The notes under the pieces were generated by a model. That model was not told the origin of the DNA. It ran no database searches and saw only the letters and a list, made by a program, of their open reading frames with translations. From Octopus vulgaris (lineage: Eukaryota): a stretch of 64,000 nt of DNA. Location of the stretch: positions 70,060,001-70,124,000 of the forward strand of contig OX597831.1 of NCBI GenBank assembly GCA_951406725.2, given 5' to 3'. Position 1 is the first letter of the stretch. Each line of letters opens with the position of its first letter. Positions 51,336 to 64,000 of the stretch are shown here, one piece after another. The position numbers and the translations under genes are program-made.

Positions 51336-51718
51336 GGAGGCGCAATGGCCCAGTGGTTAGGGCAGCGGACTCGCGGTCATAGGATCGCGGTTTCAATTCG
51401 CAGACCGGGCGTTGTGAGTGTTTATTGAGCGAAAACACCTAAAGCTCCACGAGGCTCCAGCAGGGGATGGCGGTGATCCCTGCTGTACTCTTTCACCACA
51501 ACTTTCTCTCACTCTTACTTCCTGTTTCTGTTGTACCTGTATTTCAAAGGGCCGGCCTTGTCACTCTCTGTATCACACTGAATATCCCTGAGAACTACGT
51601 TAAGGGTACACGTGTCTGTGGAGTGCTCAGCCACTTACATGTTAATTTCACGAGCAGGCTGTTCTGTTGATTCGGATCAACCGGAACCCTCGTCGTCGTA
51701 ACCGACGGAGTGCTTCCA
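51336..51718 (+). mobile_element. SINE family D, full length, 11-bp TSD
   Basis: A/B-box-like head. TSD ACTATGTACAT at 51323-51333 and 51727-51737. Confidence 0.93.
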
Positions 51719-51854
51719 AAAACAAAACTATGTACATAGACGTGTAATCAGCAGTGAAGGTGGGTAATAGGAAAACGATTCCATTAAAGTACAAACATGT
51801 TAAAAATATTCAGAGTAACTCTCTGTTGTTAACAAATGATTCCCTTTTCAGATT

Positions 51855-52270
51855 GATGGACAAAAAGTATGTGAGATGTATGTATGTTCAAACTGTGATG
51901 CTGTATGGTGACAAGACATGGACACTCTAGGAAGAAATTAAGCATGCATTATCTGTTAGACGTTTAGTGTTAGTGCACATGAATGAGAGAGCAGAAAGGA
52001 GCTGAGGGTACCACTGAGAGTAATCTTATAAGGTGTCAGATACAATATATGAATGTGAAAACTGCACTGGTACAAACACATAATGCATATGAAAGTATAA
52101 ACAAGTGCAAGCCCCTCAAAGTGGTTAGGGGCCCCTGAAAGAGGGAGATCGAGGAAGACATGCAACAAAGTGGTGATGACTAATTTCAAGATGCTGAGCT
52201 CCACAAAGCAGAAGTCAAATGTTTGTGTCGATTGGCAATATGCAATGCTGATGCTAAAGAAGATCTGTTC
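51855..52270 (+). pseudogene. Heavily decayed RTE C-terminal fragment
   Basis: VQTVMLYGDKTW and RGRSRKTCNKVV resemble the RTE C-terminus. Confidence 0.6.
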
Positions 52271-53554
52271 ATCCATCCATGAATAGTAAAACAAATGCTA
52301 CAATGATATTAATGGTATAAGCTTGATATAACAAAATGGTGTGTTGATGGTTGCTTGGATGTATAAGGCATCCCCATTTGGGTCTCTCTGCAACACATCA
52401 TTCTTAAACTCCAATCTGCTGCCCCAACAGTTTTGACACCCACAAATCCCTCTAAAATACTCTTCACTCTCACTCATTTCTTAATCACTCATTCTCCCTT
52501 TTCTTTCTTTCCCATTCAGTACACCATGCAGTCTGTGTTACTAGAGACTGCATTGGACTTTTCCATATGCCATTTCTCCTACCATCATCTTTATTACTCA
52601 ATCTATCTCTTTTAGTAACATACCTATGTATGAAGGACAGCATTGAATCTGTTTATATCTTTAACACCTTTCAATAATTCTTTCTGTACTACCAGTTATC
52701 ACTTCCTCTTCCTCGGACCACTTGTTTTTCACATCCATCTCTCCAATACCATTGTCCGTTTCTTCAACCATCAGTCCCTCAATCTTTCTCTGACCAACAA
52801 ATATACAAGGCCATATGCCTTCACTGAGACTTAACTATAATGAACTCATAATCATAACTGTTTCACCTTTCTCTTGAAATACATTGTACTTCCCTGCCAA
52901 GACCAAGAATTCACCTCCTACACATCTGGACATTTCTTTGAAGGATGCAACAACATAAGCAATCAGAGGATCACAACTGCTCCTCCCTATACTGAAACTT
53001 CTGTGCAATCATCAGTGAGAAAACAATAGAAATAGTAATATATTTCATCTCCACAGATGATTGTGATGCTCTGACCCCAACAAAAAAAGATCTGCTATCT
53101 GATCGGGGTCCCAAGATGTCTGAAGTTTGACCTGCACTGAATAAAAGAAAAAAAAACAACAAATCAAATGATATAGAGTATCATTCCTCCTTTTGCAATT
53201 TCATAGAAATGAAGGTACACACATATATATGTACATACATATAAATGTATTACTAGATAGCTGTTGACTCTGGTGAGTTCATCCCACTTTTTACAATTTA
53301 TTTTACATCCCAAATGGCGTCCAAAAATTGTTTTCCACTTGAAACAGTGTTGTAAGTTTAGTCCCTATTGGCCTGACCATGCATCTTTCATACTGGTTTA
53401 CATGTATACATGTGGAGATTCTCTGCTTATCAGATCACTCACATCACAATTGTATATACACACACACACACACAAACACACACACAAACACATTGGAAAG
53501 GCCTATACCCATCAATGGTATGTGATTTTGGCTTGGTATCAATATTATATCACT

Positions 53555-54168
<614 letters not shown>

Positions 54169-54760
54169 CACATTATTTGCTATATCCTTTTCTTATATTA
54201 ATTTTCCATGATGAAATATTTACATTTATATTCATTCAGTTACGTTTGGTGGAAAATAGGTTTTGTTCAATGCAGCACTCTCTACAACATTTGATTCAAC
54301 TCAGTAGGAAGTGTTTAGAAATACAATTTTTAGTGCTAGCCAGCTCTCACTATTAATGATTATTATCAATTGAATAAATTTCAATATATTCACCCAGCTT
54401 CAGTCATAATTGTACTTTGTAGTTTTTGTTTAACTTTTATTTATTTATGAATATAATTTTAAAAATATATCTAACTTTTATAGCATATAAAGGAATATAT
54501 AATGTGTCATTTTGCACCTTATTTTTCAGTCTTTATACAGATCGTTATTATCACATTTCTAATGCAGGCATGATACTACAAATTTATGGGGGAAGGAAAA
54601 ATTGATTCTATCAAGTTCGGTACATGACTGGTATTATCTTATCATTGTCAAAAAGATGAAAGCAATATTTGAACTAAGTATGTAAAGGAACATGACCAAA
54701 TACTGCAATGTATTTTGCCAGCACAGTCCAATATGCAAAGGATTTTACTGATGTCTGTGT

Positions 54761-55815
54761 TACAAGAGTGGGCTGAAAAGTTCATAGGCTGACTATGAAC
54801 AAGTGATGCCAGAACTGTGAAATCTTGCATGCATAAATTTCAGCTCTTCTTATTAATAACTGCATTGTTTCTTTCCAGGTAAACTGACATCTGACTGTGC
54901 AAAGAAGACATCAGTAGTAACTACTAGTGTCTTCTCTTGAAAATGGACAAAATTTAGCATCAATGTTTTCCTAGGTGATGGCAGTTGCAGGACATCAAGA
55001 GAAGGCTAGCCACTGGATTTGGTTAAAAAGAGACGATGAGCGATGGCTAGAAGTATATTGAGTTCTTCATAACCAGCTGATCTAGCAAGCGGGGCCTCAT
55101 ATCAGTGAGGGGGGCCGGTGCACATTGATGCCGTCGAGAGGTAGGCCCCAAAGCAGCGCACGTTCTCTCCTAATGACCCCATACACTTGCTAGCTTCCGG
55201 TATACGGAACTTTTAACTGGTAGCACTTGCATGTGCAAGTTGTTTGCAAGACATCAAGTACTTGCCAAAAAAGGGCTTAGCACCTAAGGACATTCATGCT
55301 GACATGGTTACTACATTAGGGGATGACACTCCAGGTTTACCAACAGTGAAAAGGGAGCAGCTGAATTTAGGAAGAGAAGAGAGAGTCTTGAATATGACCC
55401 ACGGTCTTGATGTCCTGCAACTGCCATCACCTAGGAAAACATTGATCATGTTCACCACATGGTGATGGATGACTAGTGATTGAATATAGATCAAATAGCC
55501 AATGCTTTTGCATGTCCTGCGAGAGAGTTGAGAATATTCTGCACAATGAACTTGGCATGATGAAAGTTTCTTCTTTTAGGTTCTACATCTTTTGACATCT
55601 GCTGTAAAGTAAACCAGGCTGATCACATCAAGGGAAAATCTGACACTATTTGAAGCAGATCCAGCTGGTTTCTTTGAATATTTCTTAAGCCAGAATGAGC
55701 ATTGGATTCATCACTTTGAGTCAGAGATAAAAAGACAATCCATGCAGTGGAAACACCCATCGTCACATACCCCAATGCAGGCCAAGGTCTTTTCATCTGC
55801 AGAGAAGGTGATGGT
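54761..55815 (+). mobile_element. Decayed mariner transposon, 5' portion, interrupted by an insertion
   Basis: TA plus TIR-like CAAGAGTGGGCTGAAAAGTTC. Peptides IHADMVTTLGDD, ENILHNELGMMKVS, WIHHFESEIKRQSMQWKH. Confidence 0.88.
55001..55245 (+). mobile_element. 3' end of a HERO-like non-LTR element inserted in the mariner
   Basis: EKASHWIWLKRDDERWLEVY* resembles the HERO-type C-terminal motif, followed by a GC-richer structured UTR. Confidence 0.55.
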
Positions 55816-56824
55816 AGAAGTGGTGAAAACTGATTTCAAGAGCTGAAGCCCACAAAGTAGGTGACAAAGAACTGCAACAAGTGGCAAAATAGAGGGCTTT
55901 TGTGGTGGGGTTGATAATAGTTTAATGCTAGTGGTAATGGTGTTAGTGGTGGAGAAGGAAGTGGTTATGGTGTTGGTCATGAAAATATTTTCAAGAACTA
56001 TGACTGATCAAGCAGATTAGAATTCTTTATGTTCCATGATGATAATGATGATGATGAGGAGGAGGAGGAGGAGGATGATGATGATGATGACGACAACAAT
56101 GATGACAACAGCAACAGTGATAGCAATGATGTAATATTGCATTTACTTTAAAAGTTCACAATGATGTATACATCAGTGTTTCTGCTGGAGTAAATATGGA
56201 CTGTATAATATTACTTAGGTTACTGTTTTAACTTGACTATGATATTGAATTATAACTTTGTCTGAAAAGCCACTTATTTGTAACGGAAGGATGGTGCTTG
56301 CTTGAATCAAACTGAGGCTTTACTGGTACTTAACACAGAACAAAACAGATTTTTCTGTAATATTAGTACTATTTAAAATAATTGTTCCAAATATTTTCTA
56401 GCATTCAATATGGATGGATGGATGGTCTAATAGAAAAGGTGTCTGACTGATAACAGTAGCTGAATGTCTACAAGGAATTTCACGCACAACTTCATTAATG
56501 CCAGCTGAAATTGAGTTAAACAATAAAAATGGTAATGTTTTTAGTCTAAGCTGTTTCCCAGAATATTTGTTTTTAAATAAAACATTTTTAAAAAATCATA
56601 ACATTATTGAATACTATCCCCATCTCCCAAAAAGCCATAAAAATATAAAGCAAAATAAATATTTACAGATGAGTTAAAATAATTCAAAATGAAAACAAAA
56701 ATATAAAGTTTACTTTGCTGTCTAAAGAGGATAGATTTGTTTTCGTTTGCAGTTGATGTTAGATTCCATTGCAACTCCAAGTTTCTCACTTTGGTGCATT
56801 CATTGAAATATTCTTTAAATATGT

Positions 56825-57208
56825 GGAAGCACTCCGTCGGTTACGATGACGAGGGTTCCGGTTGATCCGAATCAACGGAACAGCCTGCTCGTGAAATTAA
56901 CGTGCAAGTGGCTGAGCACTCCACAGACACGTGTACCCTTAACGTAGTTCTCGGGGATATTCAGTGTGACACAGAGAGTGACAAGGCCGGCCCTTTGAAA
57001 TACAGGTACAACAGAAACAGGAAGTAAGAGTGAGAGAAAGTTGTGGTGAAAGAGTACAGCAGGGATCACCACCATCCCTGCCGGAGCCTCGTGGAGCTTT
57101 TAGGTGTTTTCGCTCAATAAACACTCACAACACCCGGTCTGGGAATCGAAACTGCGATCCTATGACCGTGAGTCCGCTGCCCTAACCACTGGGCCATTGC
57201 GCCTCCAC
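56825..57208 (-). mobile_element. SINE family D, full length, 11-bp TSD
   Basis: Reverse complement of 51336-51718. TSD TCTTTAAATAT at 56812-56822 and 57209-57219. Confidence 0.93.
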
Positions 57209-58384
57209 TCTTTAAATATACCTTGGCATTTGTTTCATTGACTAGGAGAGCAAGACTGTTCTGGAATGTCTGAATGTGATTTAGCTTCAATTAGAAAGTA
57301 AAACCATTCTTGTCTATGTGTGTTACTAACAGATAAGCAAAAGTTTTATTCTATAAAGAAATACAGAACCAATATGTTACTTTTAGTGCCACACCTCTAA
57401 TTCCACTAAGCAAGATTGAAAATTTGCTTGTAATGTGTAAAAGAAATAAACACAGACTTAATATATATGGAAGCTAAGAAAAATCTTTGTTTTAATTTGT
57501 AGAAATGTGTTTGGTGATTACAATAGATTAGCTCTCAAATCACAGTTAATTACAGTGCTACCATAGCTCCTTGATGAAATCCATCGTCAAAATGTTATTG
57601 CATTTAATTATTTTGTTTGACAGTGCTATTTTCTTTTTAAGCATTAATCTGGATGTGGCATCAGTTTTCAACATAGCTATTATAACATCTGTAGTTTTCT
57701 AATGAGAAAACCATTAGCGTTGTGCTTGGTTATATTGTTTGGTATTTGTTTCTGTATTTACAAATCAAACTGCTCATGAATAATGAATGAGTAGAACATT
57801 CATATTGTGCTGCAACGATTTGATAGAAAGATAGCTAGGTAGATACATGCATAAATATTTCCAAGCAAAAAAATAGATAGTTTGACAAACAGGTAGATAG
57901 ATATACAGAGGAAGAAACAGACAGACTGACATATAGATAGACAAATGGACAAATAGATACATGAATAATGACATTTACAGAAAGACAATTGCTTAAAAGC
58001 AGAAAAGGTTGGACATACTATTGTTAAAGCACAACAGATTGGTATTCAATATTTATCAAAGATTCACAACAGAAAAAGTTGACTACAGAAGCAAAAGAAA
58101 CAACAGATTTAGCTAGCAATACAGATGATAGATGGATAGATAGCTGGGCAGATGGAGTGGCAGATGATTGGATGGATGCATGCATATATAAATACATACA
58201 TGCTAACATGCAAACAGATATATGTGAATACTTAGAAACAAATACATAGAAAAGTAGAAAAATAAATTGATTGACAGTAATAGCATTTTCCCCAGTTTTG
58301 AGACCAAAAAAAAGATTAATTAATTATTTCCCAGGTATTCAGTTATCTTTACAAATGTTTCCTCTGTTAAGACTGGCAGTCTGT

Positions 58385-58652
58385 CAGTTATTACGATCAA
58401 GGTTCCAGTTGATCCAATCAACAAAACAGCCTGCTTGGGAAAGTGGCTGAACCCTCCACAGACACAGAATCTTTACGTAGTCTTCAGAGAGACTGAGTTT
58501 GACACAGAATGTACTACTCATTTTTGCCAGCTGAGTAGACTGGAGAAATGTGAAATAAAGAGTCTTGCTCAAGGACACAATGCACTGCCAGGAATCAAAT
58601 GCATGGCCTTCCAATCATGAGCTGAACACCATAATCCCTAAACCACATACCT
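58385..58652 (-). mobile_element. SINE with family C middle and family D tail
   Basis: 58515-58585 matches the family C domain. 58385-58510 matches the tail at 56840-56975. Confidence 0.75.
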
Positions 58653-58741
58653 TCATTAGTAATACTGTAATTACACATTCTCTCTCATTTCTGTTTCTGA
58701 TTCACTGATCTCTTCTACCAACAACTCCATACAATTTTTCA

Positions 58742-58814
<73 letters not shown>

Positions 58815-59019
58815 CAAACTGCTCATGAATAATTATATATATAATTATTTGAGGGAATAATATATACCTAATATATACATTTTTATTATTATTTTGCAAT
58901 TTACTTACTCATCGGTATATTATTGTTATTTTACTTTTAATATTTCTATTATATGTAATTTTCTAGATGGTGTGATTTAGTTGCTCATTTTGAATTGATA
59001 AAAAAGATGTTTTTTTCTA

Positions 59020-59059
<40 letters not shown>

Positions 59060-59195
59060 GAACAAGTGTTTCTTATTATTTCAGATTCTCTTGACTCCAA
59101 TATAATAATTTGGCAATATTATTTTGATGCTTCTATAATTCAAAATACTTCAGGTCACTACTTCATAGTCACCACTTTAAACATTACAGTTTGTA

Positions 59196-59410
59196 AGGTG
59201 GGGAGCTGGCAGAATCATTAGCACACAGAGCAAAATGCTTCGCAGCATTTCATCCATCTTTACATTCTGAGTTCAAACTCCACCAAGGTTGAGTTTGTCT
59301 TTCATTGTTTTGGGGTTGATAAAATAAGTACCAGTGGGACTCTGGTGTCAATGTACTCAACTTACCCCTCCCCCGAGATTACTGGCCTAGTGCCAAACTT
59401 TGAAGCCAAT
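59196..59410 (+). mobile_element. SINE family B, diverged
   Basis: AAGGTGGGGAGCTGGCAGAATCATTAGC..GATAAAATAAGTACCAG. Confidence 0.8.
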
Positions 59411-61494
59411 ATACTGCATCTTACTTTGTATCTTATTTAAGTCTCTATACTTCATGGCTATGTCTTATATTATTCCTTAGCCATGTTGTTTTCTGTACAT
59501 CAGAACTTCTGTTCTCTTCACAAAACTGGTTATTGCATCCCAATCTCAATCCTTCAACACTGGCCCGTTCCACCACAGTTGGATCACTATAGGACTTGGG
59601 ATAAAAATGGGTGAGAAACATTGGTCTAAAGCTTCTCAACCATTTTTCTGCTCCCAGATATTTGTCTTTTAGTGTTATTTAGAAGTTGACTTTTATGGTG
59701 GTATCTTTCAGTATCCTCTGCCTACTTCAACTTAAAACTTCTCTCCTTGACTTCATTACTTTCTCTTATGTCTTGCTATCTCTCACATATAAAAACCATT
59801 TTCAACAACAAGGTTAATTCTTTTGTCGACAGCACCTTTTCTTTCTTTTCTTTATGTTGTGAAGCAAGAACATTTCTCCTCTCATTTCTACAAATTCACG
59901 ATAGTCCAATAATAACCAATTTTCCCACTAGTTTCCTGAAAATTTATTTTGCAAATGCTGAATTAATTTGCATTGTTACAGTTCTAGAAACTATTTAACT
60001 TCTTGATTGAAGACTCTGTACAATTTATTAGCAAATTAAAATACTTAAAGAAAACCTAATTAAATTGCAAAGAAACACTAATTAAATTGTGACCTTTATG
60101 GTTACTTGGAAGAAGTTTTTCATAATAATTAAAAGGTAAACATTTACGTTTTCCTTCTTTTACAGTCAGAAAGCAAAATAAGTGCTAATGTTTTACAACT
60201 GCTATTAATTTCTTCTTATTAGAACTCGTAGTAATATCAGACAGCTTTCTGATAATGAAGGTTATATCATCCACTGTTACATACATACAATTCACAATCT
60301 CTATTAATTTCTTCTCAGTAATTGTATGTTACTGCAGTGGCTGCATGTGAATGATCTTGTATCTTATAAATCAAACAATCAAATTAGTCCAGTTTATTAC
60401 TTTTTATTTGGTGTTATTTAGAAATGTCACTGTACACCATATATGTTTTGTTCTTTTTTTATTTTAAAGCAGACTAACAATATTCAAATTGCTTCTTTGT
60501 GGTGGAAATGTAATATACCAAGTTAAACATATTACAGTATTTATTTTTCTATTTCCTTCTAAGTTCAAATTTTACTGGTATCATTTCTGTTTTTTTTTAT
60601 ACGCTTAGGATTGATAAAATAATTTGTTATGATGATGATGATGATGATAATATGCAACATACAAAAGTTTGATGAGTATAAGTGCCATGAGGTCTGTATT
60701 GTCTAACAGTTCAGTACCTGCTTCTTGCCTGAGAGACAATCACCAGTTTCCATAGATTCTCAATTTTATCCTATTCTGCTTCATTAAAATTTTTTTTTTG
60801 TTTTTACAATTTTTTTCCTGGGAAAATTGATCTTGCAGTTTTGTAAAATGCCAAATTCTTATGTTACAAAGTTCAGATCTTTTGAGTTAAAAGTTTTACT
60901 TCATTATTAACATGTACCTAAAAATTTTTTCTAAAGGTAGTCAATTGGTAGTCACTATGGTAACAAATAGCATGCATCACAATATTTTTTTCTGGCTCTC
61001 TGAGTTAAAATCCATAGGGTCTATTTTGCCTCTCATCTTTTCATGGTTGAAAAAAAGTACAAGTCCTGAGCTGGGGGAGTTTGCACTACCTCTGCATGAT
61101 ATATACTAACTATTCAGACTTATTGTACGATGACTATAGTTTCGATCTTTACATCATCCTCATCATAATCATTTTAATGCCACTCTATCAGAAGAAATTA
61201 ATTTGGGCAAATCTTTTGTGGTTTGATTCTTTTCCTGTTGTCAAACCCCATCTGTTTCCAAGCAAGGTAATATTTTTTTCTTGCTGGATAAGTTTCATGA
61301 TAGACTAGAAATAAGTGTTACTACTTATGTGATGGTGAGGCACACCTTGTGATAGATGTAAAACTATCACAAAATGTTAAGATAAGGTAACACAAATACA
61401 TGCACACACAGAGACATATATACATATGTGTGTGTGTGTGTGTTTGGGACAGGCGTTTTCAATTTCTGCCAGCCAGATTCACTCACCAAGCTCT

Positions 61495-62608
61495 AAGTGT
61501 TCTGCATGACTATCATTCCAGAAACATACCTAACCATTGATCAAATGATGGTGCCATTCAAGGACCACTATAGGTCTAAAATTTATATGCCAAAGAAGCC
61601 TGTTAAGTGGAAGCATAAGGTATGGTGTCACGTAGGAATATCAGGATACATTTACAATTTTGAAGTCTTCTGCGGGGAAAAGGACCACTTGAAAATTTGG
61701 TGTCAGTATGAGATGGAGAGAGTAAAACTGTGGTGCTATGTCTTACAAAGGATCTTGAAAAGGATAAGCTTAAGATTTTTTTTTGGTAACTTCTTTGCAA
61801 GCCCTGAAGTCATGATTCAGCTTAGACATCAAGGAATATTTGCTGTTGGCATACTCAGAACTGATAGGTCAAAAGATTGCCCTGTACCTACAAAATCTGC
61901 AATGAGTTGGTTGAATGTGAAAATCACAAGATGAAAGTTCCCCATCCTGCAAGTGTTGAAATCTGCACTTTCTACATGATAGATGAAGTTGATATGCTCC
62001 TCTCATTTAACTGAACCAAGAAGCATACCAGGAAATGATATCAGAGTATTGTTTTTCATATGATTTTGTTAGCTGTTGTCGGTCTACCACCAACTCAGAG
62101 GTCCCAGTCCTTTGAGTGATTTTGACACTGATATTTGCAGAAGCCTGCTCCAGAGAGAAAACAATATTGACAGTGAAGATGCAAATAATATTCTTGCCAA
62201 GAAAGTACAATAAGTGAAAGCATCAGTAGTTCCAGAATTGGTTCCTTTTAACAATAAAACCCACCACTAACTGGTGTAAGATGGATGGTTAAAGCTGTCA
62301 AACAAAATTTATTTATTCCATGTATCAGGTGTATCTGTGTGTGGCAAAAGGTAGAGAAACCTTTTCCTGAAATTTTCATGGAACTGCTTTGTGCTTGTGT
62401 ATTTCATTTTAGCAATCACGTAACATACATTTGCTCTTAGAAAGGAAAGTTTCTTTCGACTTTTTTTTTATTTTTGTTCCTCATGTAAATTTAAATGTAC
62501 AAAAATTAATATCCTATTTTCATGATTGCAAACAAAACCCAGTACTGACTTTTTGTTAGTTTTGATCTAAATTGCAACCTATATAGGTCACAGGTCTTAT
62601 AGGGTTAA
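61495..62608 (+). mobile_element. piggyBac transposon remnant (transposase core fragment and right terminus)
   Basis: LTIDQMMVPFK..YMPKKPVKW..GYIYNFEVF..FFGNFFAS..GILR. The terminus AGGG is followed by TTAA at 62605-62608. Confidence 0.88.
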
Positions 62609-62941
62609 AACACATAGAAGCATTTGATTTTTTATATTCTGACATGAAAGGAAGTTATAAAACCAGTTATAAACATTTAATGTTTGTTTACTTTGTATTT
62701 TGAGGTGTCTCATATACATGAACACACATGAACATGCATACATACACACATTTGTAAATACATGCATGTGTGTATGTACACGTATGTGTGTGTGCATGTG
62801 TGAGTGTGTGTGATGTTTTTAGGTACATATTTTTACATTAGACCCACCCTTCAAACATAATGGCTTGTATCAATGTTGAGGAATTATTATTTGTGTCATT
62901 TCACAAAAGAAAAAGAAAACTGATACACCTCAATATATATA

Positions 62942-64000
62942 AAGGGGTTGGACAAAATAATGGAAACACCCAACATCATAATTTTGAAATATCTATAAAA
63001 CCATCAATACCATGTTTATTTTTATGTTTTTTTTTATTTATTATTAGTATTGCTTAATATGTTTTGCTAAAATTGCTGTTTCTTTTCACATATCATCAGA
63101 AAAAGGTAATTAAAATTCATGAAAAGGACAGATCTATCAAACTTTCAAAGAGGTGAACTTGATGGTGCTCGTATGGCAGGTGCTAGCATAATGAAAACAG
63201 CTGAAATGTTTGGTGTATCAAGAAGTACTGTCTTGAAAGTAATGACAGCCTTTGAGAAAGAAGGAAAAACGTCCTCGTCAAAACATAACTCCAGAAGAAA
63301 ACCGAAACTTTCAGATAGGGACCGTCAGATTCTTATGCAAATTGTTAGAAAGGATCACAAAAGTACTGCAGAGCTTAATGACCACCTCAAGAACCCAGTT
63401 TACAAAAAAACTGTTCACTGGGAGCTGCACAAAGCCAGATTTCATGGGAGGGCTGCAATAAAAAAAACCACTACTTTCAAAAACAAAAGTTGCAAAGCAT
63501 TTGGAGTGGAATAAAAACCTACAGAATTGGTCCCTAGAGCAGTGGAAGAATGTTATTTTCTCAGACGAGTCATCCTTTACCTTACTTCTGACCACCAGCT
63601 GAGTATTCGTGTGGAGACAGTCAAAAGAAGCATTTGACTCAGACTGCCTTCTTCCAACTGTCAAACATGGGGGAGCATCTGTGATGATCTGGTGGGCTAT
63701 ATCTTGGAAATCTGCCAGCCCTATGGTTTCCCTTCATGGCAGAATTAATAGTCAAGACTATTTAAGCATTTTATCTGATCAAATTCATCCTATGGTTGCG
63801 GAACTGTTTCCAGAAGGAAACACAATCTTTCAGGATGATAATGCACCAATTCACACAGCTAAAAATGTTGCTGAATGGCAAGAGGAACATTTGTGTGAAG
63901 TTGAACATCTTATCTGGCCACCACAGTCCCCAGATCTCAATATTATTGAACATTTATGGTGCATTTTAGAAAAGCAAGTAAGGAGTTGATATCCCCCATC
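62942..64000 (+). mobile_element. Tc1-family transposon with disrupted transposase (63119 to ~63989)
   Basis: TIR-like AGGGGTTGGACAAAATAATGGAAACACC after TA. HTH region, VIFSDES, TVKHGGASVMIW, FQDDNAPIH, WPPQSPDLNIIEHLW. Frameshift and stops present. Confidence 0.95.

Noticed and set aside
51336-51410. tRNA-like sequence
   Set aside because: SINE head followed by SINE body and a TSD, not a tRNA gene.

Overview
AT-rich, microsatellite-dense eukaryotic DNA, probably intronic or intergenic. The SINE/LINE repertoire looks like an Octopus genome (inference). I can support no intact host gene, and nearly all listed ORFs are microsatellite or decayed-transposon artefacts. Recognisable content: four tRNA-derived SINE families, RTE-clade LINE 3' fragments (one young copy at 43.3-45.2 kb), decayed R4/Dong-type, CR1-type and HERO-type non-LTR fragments, mariner, Tc1 and piggyBac remnants, hAT MITEs, and a MITE with an 8-bp TSD. 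The main discovery is a set of short non-coding insertions, mostly inside (TA)n tracts, from about eight sequence families. They carry minimal type I hammerhead-ribozyme (HHR) motifs with palindromic stem III. Most are head-to-head palindromes with constant polarity, one has tandem HHRs 363 nt apart, and two families show the compensatory U3-A8 core swap. This fits Penelope-like/retrozyme-like elements that target TA microsatellites. Boundaries were read by eye and are approximate unless a TSD or TIR is quoted.
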